64,000 nt of DNA from assembly GCA_964016885.1 (NCBI GenBank), contig OZ024741.1:23808001-23872000 (forward strand). The letters run 5' to 3'. This document shows, piece by piece, positions 51,599-64,000 of the stretch (the stretch's first letter is position 1; each line of letters starts with the position of its first letter). Below the pieces are notes generated by a model. It made no database searches. It had not been told where the DNA came from and saw nothing but the letters and a program-made list of their open reading frames with translations. The translations under genes and the position numbers were made by a program. This DNA is from Eledone cirrhosa (lineage: Eukaryota).

Positions 51599-52751
51599 AT
51601 ACTGGATAATAGTATGTCCAATATTGCAGTAATGTTTCTTCAAATCATTTTACTTTATTTTCAAAGTAACATTAGATGTCCAGTAGAGAAATGTTTCTTG
51701 AAATTGTTTCACTGTACTTTCAAAGAGACAGTGTGTAATAGGATGTCCTGTTTTGAAATAATGTATTTTTAAATCCTGGATAACCGTATGTCCGTTATTG
51801 AAATAATATTTCTTCAGATCATTTCAAACTATAACAGTAATGAAATAACATTTCTTTAAAAATATATAGATTATATGTTATATCCTGTAGTGAAATAACA
51901 TTTTCTTAGATTGGTTTATCTCATTGAAATAACATATCTTTAAATACTAGAAAACAGTATGTCCGGTATTGAAATAACGTTCTTCAAATTTACTCTATTA
52001 TATGATTATAGATACAATAAAAAATTAATACTGTATAACATTTTGTTTAAATTTCATATTTAATATTTTCTTGAATTTAATATGAAAAATTCTACTTGAG
52101 GTTTGTCACTACTTAGTTATATCCATGTTTGAATTGCAAAGATTTTTTATTTTCTTGATATAACTTCTAATTATTTCTTGTATGAATATTTACCTGAAGC
52201 TTTCTGTCAGGTGTTTATGGGGCTTGCATCTGCCACACTCCTTCCCTACATAAATGACCTATTTACTGCCATTGAGCAAATGTGAGAACCTCTCTATGGT
52301 TGGATGTGTTTTTTTGGAGGGGGGTGGGTGGGTGGGTGGGTAAATTGACCTGCTAGAAATATCAGCCAAACTGGTTAACTCACAGCATATACCCTTTCAT
52401 TATCCTATTTCTCATGGAATACATACACTTCCTTTCATTTTCAAACTGTCAAATGATTCATTAATTTTATTCATCTCTCTGCACTCCTTCAAAGTAAAAC
52501 TGTTGTGAGGAGGGAATATTCCACTATCTTATACATTACAAAATGTCATTCTTCACTGATGTTTTTCAGCATTGTCACATACTATGCTAGAACCCTTTTG
52601 TAACCATACTTCTAATGAAATACACTGCCTATGATTTTCAAATAATTTTGAAAATAATTTCTAAAAACTTAGTACTATAACTGATTTTTCCCTTATTAAG
52701 CTTGTTTTTGAAACAATTTTCTTACATAAAGTTATGATGGAAGGTGTAAAT

Positions 52752-52950
52752 TTAACCCTTTAGTATTTACATTACTCTATATTTACTATTGTATTTTCAT
52801 GGTAAAGGCGTTACCTCACATAACGTCAAATCTATGAGATTTTTATTTTATTTTGTGAACAATACCTTAACATTGGTATGAGGGGCTGGTTATGGCCAGT
52901 TTGAACAGAATTCTGGCTGGATATGGCTGGTTTAAATGCTAAAGGGTTAA
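52752..52950. mobile_element. piggyBac-like MITE
   Basis: TTAA TSDs and CCCTTTAG TIRs. Confidence 0.85.
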
Positions 52951-54386
52951 ATATGAACACTTAAAAACAAATGGCTATGTATTATAGAAGCAGGAGTGGT
53001 TTTAGGTAGAAATTAGATAATGAAGTCTTAGATGTCAAAGTATGGGAATGTTATGGCTGGAATGCATATAACCACAGTCAAGTTTACTTGAACAAGGCTA
53101 ACCTGAGACTAAACAACAGCTTGCTCTCATATGTACAGAGACTCCTATGCAGATAGTATTGCATTTTTTTGTTTTTCAATTTCTGAACATAGATTTCATT
53201 CAGACACAATCTTTAATATGACTCTATATCCTCCATCAAAATGCTTGCTCTGCACATCCCAGTAAAATATTCCTGCAACATTAGCTCCTCATAAAATATT
53301 TCCAGCTAAATTTGTCACATTCTTTTATAAGTAGTATCTCAGCAAGAGTTGAATCTCTTAATGACCCACACTTGTAAACATTACTGTGTCCCAATTCTTC
53401 CATGATTAAGTAGGTGTTTGGAACATAACTGAAAAAATTGTTTTTATATAAAATTATGATGAAGGTTTTAACTTTAAATTGAGAAGTTCTATTCAATTAA
53501 ATGCAGCTTGGTGCCAAAAGAGCCAAACTCTGATATAAATCTCTTTTAAAGTGTTTATATTTATCTAAAAACCTTTCATCACATTTTATGTAAGAATCTT
53601 TATTTCCAAACACCAGCTCTATAATGAGTTTTTACTAAATCCACCCAAATTCTTGATTATTTTTCAAAATTATTTGTAAATTATAGGAACTTTCATGGAA
53701 ATATATAAAAAAAAGATTAAAAAAAGTTTTATTTCCTAATACATTCTGAGGTTGTTGGTTTATCATATATCTTCATATTTTAGTTATTTCTTTACCTATG
53801 ATCACCACCACTAATAACTCACATCAAATGAGACAAACTGGATTGAATATATTAGCATATTTCTAATGAAATACCCTACCTAGGATTTTGAAATAGGGTT
53901 TTAATATTGTAGAAGCAGGATGGTATCAATATATTGGTATCATATATGATCTTAGAAGTTAAGCTACCTTTTGTAACCCTTTTGATACCAAACCACCTTT
54001 CTTTCTACAAAGCAAAACTGTTTGTTTTCAAATAATTATGCTCATCATTGTCGTTTTTATGTCCACTTTTCCTTGCTTGCATGGTTGGACACCTTCCATC
54101 AATTTTATGTAAGGTCTTTTGTTAAATTAGGTTCCAACCACCAATTTGATTTTGAGAAAGTCAGTTATATTACTAAAATCCCTTCAGATTCTTGATTATT
54201 TTCAAAATTGGTAAAAATATTATTAAAAAAAATATATATATTTGTACTTCTCTTTCTAAATACATTTAATCAATAATCTTGACTATTTTCTGAGAATTAC
54301 AAGTATGTTATATATTTTATGCCACCTACTTTATCAATCACTGAAACAATTTATTGATATAGCCATATTTCTTTTCTAAATACACT

Positions 54387-54612
54387 TTAACCCTTTAGCA
54401 TTTAAATTACTCTATATAGACTATTGTATTTTCACAGTAAACACTTTATTTTCCATAATTATTCCACATAATATTGAATCTGAGATTTTGATATTATTTA
54501 TTTTGAGAACAATACCTTAACATCAGTATGAGTAGCCAGTTACAGCCAGTTTGAACAGAAAGAAGTGAGAGAATTCTGGCTTGATACAGCCAGTTTAAAT
54601 GCTAAAGATTAA
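54387..54612. mobile_element. piggyBac-like MITE
   Basis: Same family; right TIR slightly mutated. Confidence 0.8.
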
Positions 54613-54982
54613 AACATTATTATGTAATCCTAGACTGATAATGGTTGCATTTTCTTCATAGTTAATCGGTGATTTTCATTCTTGCTTGGCATGTGGGCCC
54701 TGTAGTAAGGACAGTAATTCTTCATTTGCTATGAATGGTTGAATAGAAAGTTATATAATATAAATCCTGTCAATATATTAATTTAGCAAGACAGGGTCAC
54801 TTGAAAATAAGAATTTACTTTCAAAGAAATGTTTGGATACCATATACATTCATATATAAGCTGAAAAATATGTGATAAAAAAAAAGATTAATGGTAAAAT
54901 GGGGGTCGGTTTAATATTTGATGTCAATATTTTGCTGATTTTCACCAACTTCAAAATTCTACGTAAATGAGGTACTGAAATA

Positions 54983-55243
54983 TTTTCACTTTGGAGGTGA
55001 ATATTACGCCAGTTTCATTTTGGAGGTGAATATTACACCTGTTTCACTTTGGCGGTCAATATTACACCTGTTTCACTTTGGAGGTCCAATATTACACCTG
55101 TTTCACTTTGGAGGTCCAATATTACACCTGTTTCACTTTGGAGGTCCAATATTACACCGGTTTCACTTTGGAGGTCCAATATTACACCTGTTTCACTTTG
55201 GAGGTGAATATTACACCTGTTTCACTTTGGAGGTGAATATTAT
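54983..55243. repeat. 30-bp minisatellite (~9 units)
   Basis: tttcactttggaggtccaatattacacctg. Confidence 0.9.
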
Positions 55244-56007
55244 ATTGGTTTAATTTTTCGACTTTGATGTTTTGAATATAGTTGTTTTCAAAATGGTCTG
55301 AAATTAGTAAAACATCTTTATGTAATGGAGTTGTGAAGCAAACTATACTCTAAACGTTCAATATCAAAATATTAAAACTTTATAAATATATTCTTCACTC
55401 ATGAGAATTCCAAAATTGCCTCATCTAGACATAGTGTTAATTAACTGCCTCAGCTTATAAACAGGGTTTGGATTTTTGCCCATTTCTCAGACATAAAATA
55501 GGAAGGGGAGATCAGCTTATATTTGAGTATATACTACAAATGTCATATCTGGTATACTTTGATGTATTTTGCAAAACATCAGCTAGATGTTGTTTTGTGG
55601 TCCTGGCAAACAGAATAATGAATATGTTACCCTGAAAAAGCTCATTTTTGGTTGAAATTAGAAAATATAATTTGAGATAACCAGTCCTAGATTGCTAAAG
55701 CTTTTACATTAGACAAACTTTGTATTTTAATGAAATAAGTATGTGGTAATTTTTATATGTCCATTTTAAACTGTCCTAGTATAGCTAAACATTGGAGATA
55801 ACTGTTATATCAGCTGACCAGCTTTATAACAGGAAGTTTCTATACTTTTCTACATTCCAGTTTTAACTGATTATGATTATAAAGAAAGCCCATCCTTTAC
55901 CTAAAACAATCCCAAACAATCTCTAACTTGTTAAATGGTCAGTTTTCTATTTTTCTTGACTATTGAATTATTCCAAACTCTTAACTGAAGTTCATGCTGC
56001 ACACTCA

Positions 56008-56087
<80 letters not shown>

Positions 56088-56999
56088 TTCCTAATTTGAC
56101 TAATTGTTTGACATTTTGCTAGTTATATTTTAATTACTCCCTTAATATGGTTGAGTACTGTATAGCAATGATAGGCTTTTTTAAAATTATATATATATTA
56201 TTTTTTTTTACATTCCAGTAGTAGTAAACTTGATAAATGTGCCAAGCTGGCTTTTTCAATAATTAACCCCCCACCCCACCCCATATACACAAAAACAAAC
56301 AATAGAAAACTACGAGAGAAACCATTGCAAGTCTTTTAACCTTGTTGGTATTAACTCTCTCCCCAACCACCCCTGGTTCTAAGTTACAGCATTGCTCATG
56401 TTCATGTTTAAATTAACGCTACAATTTAACTTTATGTAAAAAATTTGTAAATGTCCAAACATCAGCTTTCTAATAAAAGAAATATGTTTACAAATAAACA
56501 TTTTCAAAGCCATTTAGCTATGAATAGTGAAAAGGTGGTGGCACCATCTAGCAGTTTCTAGCAGAATCAGTAGAGGATAACTGTCAATGCATTTCTGGCT
56601 TATGGCTGTCATCAGGACAGTGCGCCCACCCTGCTCTCTGCTGGAATTTGAAACAGGCGAAAATATATTTGTTCACTTATGTACATGGGAGGATTAGCCT
56701 TATTTGTATATTCTACTAGATTACAATTTTTGGATAATTTTAAAAATTAGTTCATAAGAAATTTGGTAACAAAAGTGTAAACACATGCAAACTGCAGTGT
56801 GGCATGAACATCACTATAACATTCTCTGTTATTATATATGTCTAACTGCTGAGATATTAGATTTGTTAGACTATTTCTATCTTCTGAGGTAAAAAATCTT
56901 AAAAAAACATTGCTTTTTAGGTTTTTGTATTACAATAATAACTCATTTCACATGGTTTTGCATGATAAATCGCAGATAAGGCAGTGCCATAATCTTTCA

Positions 57000-57900
57000 A
57001 AGCCAATGTCTTTGTAGTCTTGCCACTAGTCCCTATCCTCTGTCAGTGTTGCAGTACTGTAACCTGTCCATTCTTTATTAAACCATTAATTCTTATTAGC
57101 TCTCTTTTCTTCACTTTCCTCCGACTATTTCCTGGAGAATGGTTTTGGTCAGGGCGTCTCTGTATCAGGCAAGCTTTCATCTTTTTATTGTCACAAGGAG
57201 TGGTTCCTGTTTAGCAGCATATTTGTTGATTTGTTGCCTGATAAATCTTTGTGCTCTGTCTATGGGATATGTATTATCTTTGGCAATCCAAGCTCACTAG
57301 ATGACAAGGATGTCTTTCTAAAGAGCTTCCTTGATGACCTCCTCTAGGTCCTCATAAAACTCTTCGATGACATCGTCATATTCAAGTGTTGGGAGTATGA
57401 TGGTAATATTCTGTGATCTTGTAGTTTCACATGGGGATGAGCCTGTTTAATACTGGTGTAGAGTTTATGACTGAACTCACTCTAATCATGTTGACAATGA
57501 TGCTTAGTCCATATTGATGTTTGGTGTCATCTTCACTGTACCACAGTTTGTGACCTTTGTCTGTAGTTGTTGCTCCAAATCCACTCCACCTACTTCAAAC
57601 AGCTATTAGTTAACCTATGTGTATCTAGTCAAGCAAGTTTGTAAGTTCCCTCACCCTTCCATAAGCATACTGAGTGTAAGTATTCCACATCTCAAAGACA
57701 GTATTATCATTGTTCCAGTAGCACATTGGTTGTATCCACCCTGGGGAACAGCAGTCATTGGTTTTCCTGATCTAGTACATTGTTTTTACTATCTCCATCA
57801 TGGTGTTTCAGTGGGCCTTAAAAATGGTTGACTGTGCCAATTTACTCTCTAAGTGGCCAATCTCTAACTTTAGCCTGATAGCAGATGCAGTTACCAGAGT
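57000..57900 (-). mobile_element. Degenerate RTE APE-endonuclease region
   Basis: Remnants of PTLEYDD..EEFYEDLEEVIK and LWYS.D..KHQYGL. Confidence 0.6.
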
Positions 57901-59627
57901 GTGGCTGAAAAAGGTCTTAAAATCAAAAGTAAGTTGGATGAGAACCAGTGAGTCTGTCCACCCCTAAGGATGCTGTTGGCACTCTCCCTACATGAATGTC
58001 TCGTTATAAATATACAGTGAAATTCTGTTATAACGAAATTCACAGGGTATAAAATAAAATTTGTTGTAAAGAAAAATTCTTTATAACAAGATCGACCTAA
58101 CACATCGAGCGTGTGGCCGGGGATTTAAAAAAATGTTGTTATACTGAAAAATTTGTTATAATGGTAGCAGGGAAAAGCAGACGTAAAATGATTTTATATA
58201 TATATATAGATATATTAGTAACAATTTGCCAAAGCAGTGGGTAAATTTTATGAAACTTTGAGGTCAACAAACTTAACATATATTACATTGACTCTATAGA
58301 CAATATCAGTTCTTCATCCATTGCATGTTTAGTGTGTTTATTACATAAACCTATCAAACAAGCATGTACACAATCTTTAAATCTTAAGATGTACTAAACT
58401 CAGACTGAGGTATTATTTTAGGTTATTCTCAAACATATGGTTTGAGAAAAACCAAAATAAAAGCTATGTTTATTATTATTATTGCAAGCTGAAATGATAT
58501 ATATGCTAACTTGTGTAGAGAAACTATGTAACAAGTTTGGTGATATTGGTATCAAATTATCTAATAGTTCTCTACCATTATTTACCCTCATACCCACCCC
58601 CCGACATTTTAGCTTATTAAAAAAAAAAGGGGGGGGGGGGTTATATCTTTACAAATACTATAGTGTCTTAATTTGATAATTTTGTACATCATATTCATCC
58701 TGGTGGAATTGTAAGGTTAGTGTTGTGACATTACAGCATGTCTTAGATTTTTAAATCTGGCAGAGCCCATCCTTCCTTGTGTCTGAACACAGCTGATGTC
58801 TTCCAGTGAAAAATAAAAAGAATATGAAGAAGAGAAATAGAAGAATCAACACTAGTATGGAAATGGTAGTTAGCAACTTCAGTGGGATGAAAAGTCTGGC
58901 TGTTTTGTAGCATTCCTCTGATGTTTTAATGACTGCCACTGCCTTAGAACTACATCATAATACATTCTTTTAAATTCATACTTAAAATTGGCAACTAATA
59001 TTTTTGTAATTAGAATGTTGCTTTGGTTGGAATCTTTATTTCAGTGAAATTTCTGTCAATGTCTTGGATATATCTCTCTCTATATAACATTCTTTGTCTC
59101 TGTCTGTCTCTATGCATTCTCAAACAGCTCAACCAAATCAAATCAAATTTTACAAGGTAATAAATAGTATTAGACCTCAGGAGTGTCAACATGTGATTTT
59201 TATTTTCATTTGAATTAAATCTTTCTATAGTCAACTATAGTAAACCACGACGACGACATCACATTTTGTATATGTGTGTGTGTGTGTTTGCGAGTTTGTT
59301 ACGTACGTTAGGCCTCAGATAATTAAACACACAGGCATCTACACATGCATACACACTATCTTCACATACAGGCATCTACACATGCGTACACACTATCTTC
59401 ACACACAGTTAAACACACACACACACATCTACTCATACATATACATATGTGTTGACAGACAAGTAATAGGTGTGCATGAATGTATGACTGTCTTAGTATA
59501 TGTATGTGAGTGTGTGCATGCGTGTTCATTAGGTACATTATTAAACACACATCTACACATACATATAAATATGTAGCGACTACAAAAAAAAATGAGGTGA
59601 AAAGTTATGCGTATGTCTGCCTGAATG

Positions 59628-59705
59628 TATTAGGTTGTAACATAAATTCCCGCCGTTTTTATTAAACAAATTATAACAACGGCGGGAATTTGTTACAATC
59701 CAATA
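59628..59705. mobile_element. ~78-bp mariner-type (MADE-like) MITE
   Basis: TA-TTAGGTTGTAACATAAATTCCCGCCGTT ... AACGGCGGGAATTTGTTACAATCCAA-TA. Confidence 0.75.
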
Positions 59706-59949
59706 TGTCTGTGTGTCTGTCTTAGTGTATGTATGTGAGTGTGTAGCAACAATTTATTCATTTGGACACCAAAAAAAAATGACACAATATTGTTTACCCT
59801 AAGGTGCTTCAAGATTGACAAATTTTCATTTCTAAATCCTATTATTATTACAATGTTGATATTTCTTTTATAAAATATAGATATTTTGAAATAATTATGA
59901 GAAAAAAAATATATCTTCATATTTATTATTTGCTAATCTGAATAAGAAC

Positions 59950-59986
59950 AGCAGTAACCCAGGTAACGCTGGGTCATTCAGCTAGT
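59950..59986 (+). mobile_element. Helitron-like 3' terminus
   Basis: Hairpin acccag-gtaacg-ctgggt, then CTAG followed by T about 8 nt downstream. Confidence 0.6.
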
Positions 59987-61619
59987 ATATATATTTTAAA
60001 ATGCTATTGATGTTATCATGAATAGTATACTTGTTGTGTTTTTATAATTAAACATAGGTTATTGCTATGATTTTAAAGTCATTTTGAAAATAATGAATTT
60101 AGTTAGATTTAGGAATATAACTTTTTTTTATTATTAAGCTAGTGTTTAGAATATAACTTGAAAAAGGTTTCACACTCAAAATTAAGATGGAAGGTTTTTA
60201 GATAAATATAAACACTTTCAATAGACAGCTGTGTATCATAGGACCAGAGGTGGTTCCAGGCAGTTTGGTATCGAAAGGGATGTAGTATGCACTGCTTTTC
60301 GTATGATTAATGGTAAATCTTGTACCAAATGTATCTAGTTTGTGTTGATTACTGTAGTGAACAGTATGCAAGCTCTTAGTTTGAACCAAAATCTTTTGGC
60401 AGTGTGTGTGTATGGTTGGTTGGCTTGCTTGCTGCTTAGCAACTAGCTTAGTATTTGTTGATAGTAATACTGTGGATATATTGTCTTCAAGTATGTCACT
60501 TTGCCCTTCTTGTTTCAATTACTATTATGCAGCCAACAAGTTTCACTTGGTACCGGAAGTGGTTCCATCTACACCAATCACACCAAACAAACTTATTTCA
60601 TACATGAAAATATGAATAGTTTGGCAGTTATTAGTACCTATTAAATCATAGAAATTCAAGAATCTTCCTGCAGGGTAGTTCTTAATTTCAGTTTCTCAGA
60701 TTGTACTTTATATTAAATAAACATCAACATTTTATTATCTTCTGATATTAAATTTCTGAAACCACCCCTGGTTTAATGATACAAAGCCATTTGATTTTAA
60801 GTGTTCATCTAAAAACCTTCCCATATAATATTATGTAAAAACCTTTAATGTTTTATTACCATATTTCTAATGAAATACATTGTCTATAAGTTTCAAATCA
60901 TTTTGAAATTAATCAAAAATTTGGAGGGATTTGGTATCAACTAACTTTCTCATTCTTAGGCTGAAGGTTTTTGCAAACAAGAATTATGGTGTTTTTATAA
61001 AAGTTTTGCATAGAATTATGATGAAAAGTGTTTAGATAAATATAAACAGTTTAAAACAGTTTTCTATTAGAATCAGAGGCAGTTTTAGACAGCTTGGTAT
61101 CAAAAAGAAATTATGATTCAAATGCCAGCTTAAAAATAGTTGTTATATCACAAAATTCTTACAAATACTTGATTTTCAACAAAAACTTTTATTTTGATTT
61201 TGGGATTTTTTGTTTTTGTGTGTTTTGGTCAATCATAGAGGTACAGATAAAGTAAATAAAGGAAAATTGATCAAAATATCTATTTTATTTTTAAAAACTA
61301 CCACAATTAATACGTAATCCTAGCTTGGGACAGTAAAATATAAAAAAAATGGCACTATGTGGCCTGCAGAGTCCACATACATACCATTTTTTGGTATGAT
61401 TTCTGTGGGTGTATGCTCACTAACCTTACAGTGTACTGGGTGCATTTTGCATATTTCTAGAGATGTATGCATCTGATATGTGATTATATGTATATTATGG
61501 ACATTAAATGGTGATGATGTAATGTAATATAATGATATATATATATATGCTAACATAAATTATATAAGCTGATGTTCAACATCAGTTTTGCTGCCAAAAC
61601 AAAAGTGTTCACTTCTTTA

Positions 61620-62230
61620 ATATGTGAATTTTTGTATGCAGATGATTGTGATGTTGTTGCTCTGAGAGTGACATGCAGAACCTGATGGATTTATTTTCAG
61701 AAGCATGCAGCACATTGGTGGATCTGTCAGTCTGGTCAAGATAGGTTGTTATGTATCAACCTGCTCCAGGCATGGATTTCACTGAGCCTAGTTAGCATTT
61801 ATATGTATGGTAAAACATTGAAAGTCTTGGATAAATTGTGTATTTAGGCAGCACAGTCAACATGACAAACACCCTTTGATGGTGAAATCTTATTACGACT
61901 AAAGAAAGCAAGTGATTCTTTTGGTAAATTAGATGAGTGTCTCTTGTGTCGACTTGATTTCCATTGATACAAAGTTAAAGATGTACAGAATGTGTATGTC
62001 TTCATTGTTGTAGCAAAATATAAAAATGCTTGAACGTTTTCATCAAGTGCCTTCATCGAATACTCAGTATCCATTGCCAATCACATATGATTGATATTGA
62101 AGTGCTAGAACAAAGTCATTTTGAAAGTATTGAATCTTTCATACTTCAATATAAATTGCACTGGAGAAGTCATGTTGTAAGAATACTAGATCATCGTATT
62201 CTTAAGCAGTTACTGTACAAGGAGTTAGTC
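61620..62230 (+). mobile_element. RTE-BovB-like RT fragment
   Basis: LYADDC..A, KVLDK..YLGST, FIKCLHRIL, W.SHVVRI.DHRILKQLLY.EL. Confidence 0.75.
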
Positions 62231-62582
62231 TCTTTGCCTTCTCTTTCTGTCGGAAATGTGGAAAACAATGTACCTTGGCCGGTGGACCCCAATGTCATTT
62301 GATAGCTCACCAAAACAAAACGGGGAACTAAAGTGGAAGTAATGTTCATTATTGTTGCATATGCAGAAAGGAATGTAGATCCTTGGGTTAAAGAGGTATG
62401 TTCATTCCACCAGTGTGTGAGAGGGGGATCAGGTGGTGACAATTTTTGAAATCGAGCTGCAGCCATTGCACGTGTGTATTTTTGGTAATTGGATATAGAT
62501 AATGCTCTCCAAGTAAATTGTTCCCATTGACACAGACAGTAGCTAAATGTCAACACTGTTGTTCAATTTGCTACTTTTTGTA

Positions 62583-63735
62583 ACATCATCACCGTTTTAC
62601 GTCCGTTCTTCCACGCTAGCATGGGTGAGACAGGTTGTCCTATTGTGGGCAGTGTCTGGTCAGCTGACCATGCCTTGCTCATACAGGAACTGATTTGGCT
62701 TGATTTCTACAGCTGGATGCCCTTCCTAACACCAACCTCATTTACAGTGAGTGCTGGGTGCTTTTTCGTGGCGCCTACACGTCCACTTTACAGTGTGGGC
62801 TGGGTGCTGTTTTGCCGTGGCACCTCCACGACCACCTTGCGGTGGGGGCATATTGTTTATATGCTTCAGCTTGTACCCATGGGAGGTCGGGTACTCTGTA
62901 TTACTGTGTGACGCCAGAGGTCACGGTCGTGTGTCATTGCCTTTGAGAGGTGTAATTGGGTAAGGTCGGCTTTTATCACATCATCCCAGGTCATCTTGGG
63001 TCTCCCCACTCCGCGGTTTCCATCAACTTCTAGTGCTCTGCACCTTTTTATGCAGCTGTCATCCTTCATACGCATCACATGTCCATACCAGCGCAACCGC
63101 CTCTCCTGCACACAGCATTTGATTCTTCTTATGCTCAGTCTCTCTCTCAATTCATTTATGCTTTGTCGTTCACGTATATTACTGTTACACATCCATCGGA
63201 GCATGCAGGCTTCATTTCCCGCTAATCTACGTAAGTCTTCCACCTTCAGCGCCCAGGTCTCACTACCATGCAACATCGCTGTTCGGATACATGTATCATA
63301 CAGTCTGCCTTTCATTCTGAGGGAGAAGCCTTTTGCAGCTAGCAGTGGTAGTAGTTCCCTAAACTTCTTCCATCCCGTTCTTACCCTAGTTATTGTATTT
63401 TCTGAACACCCACCTTCGCTGCTAATTCGGTCACTTAGGTAGCAGAAGCTGTCTACTGTTTCTACAGAGCCCTCCCAGAGATTGGTGGTACTTGTTTCCT
63501 GTGGCTGTCTGCTGCTTGCTGTCCCAGCACAGCTGCTGCATGTGAAGCCTACATTCTTAATTAAGCTTCCTGAGATCCCACTACATCTCTTGTGTACCCA
63601 TTGTTTGCATTTGGGGCAGAGAATGGAGTTCCTACCTACACCTTTCCTACATACTGAGCAAAGCCATTTCCCTGAGGGGATCTGGGTTCTGTTTTCTCGT
63701 CTACTTACAAGGACCTTAGTCTTTGTCATGTTGAC
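62583..63735 (-). mobile_element. Young RTE LINE 3' portion (287-aa ORF 62866-63729 plus 3' UTR)
   Basis: KTKVLV, PHD-like CSVC..CPKC..WVHKRC, FCYLSD, AMLHGSETW, WYGHV, GRPKMTW. Confidence 0.9.
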
Positions 63736-63814
63736 ATTTCAATTTTCTATCAGAAGCAACAAAAATGAAAAGAGACTTAGGCCTGTTCTTTCAATATTTC
63801 TACATCCTCCTCAT

Positions 63815-64000
63815 CATCATCATCTCCGTTAAACATCCATTTTCCATGCTAGCATGGGTTAGACGAGTTATCTCATTGAGACAAGCCAGGTTGGATGACT
63901 GTGTCTTACTTATACAGAACTAATTTTGGCTTGGTTTCTACATCTGGATGCCCTTCCTAATGCGAACCACATTTACTGTGTGTACTGGGTGCTCTTTGTC
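63815..64000 (-). mobile_element. SINE/LINE 3' tail fragment
   Basis: (cat)n ..ttccatgctagcatgggtt..ctggatgcccttcctaa. Confidence 0.75.

Noticed and set aside
56535-56645. CTCF-like site or conserved regulatory island (gcaccatctagcag)
   Set aside because: Partial motif match only; cannot be supported without conservation or ChIP data
58880-58941. C/D snoRNA or SECIS (cagtgg..GGATGA..CTGA..ccactg)
   Set aside because: Box C imperfect, spacing too short, no apical AA

Overview
AT-rich, repeat-dominated animal genomic DNA. The tRNA-derived SINEs, with (ATG)n tails shared with RTE LINEs, resemble those I recognise from octopod cephalopods; that assignment is inferred. One host gene is well supported: the mitochondrial ribosomal protein mS38/AURKAIP1 on the minus strand, with coding exons 4111-4057 and 3293-2671 and a probable 5' exon ending at 11869. 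A probable ATG-only first exon of a second, unidentified plus-strand gene ends at 33140. The rest is RTE, CRE and Hero-like LINE fragments, SINEs, MITEs (piggyBac-, hAT-, Tigger-, mariner- and Merlin-like), a Helitron end, a rearranged tRNA-Trp-primed LTR element and many minisatellites. The most interesting signal is a dispersed set of short non-coding elements inserted in (TA)n tracts. They carry minimal type I hammerhead ribozymes (some with a ~100-nt structured stem II), fold-back palindromes, and a shared covarying bulged 3' hairpin (RCTC-stem-YY-GAGY). This is most consistent with a Penelope-like/retrozyme-type system. All calls were made by eye and coordinates of degenerate elements are approximate.
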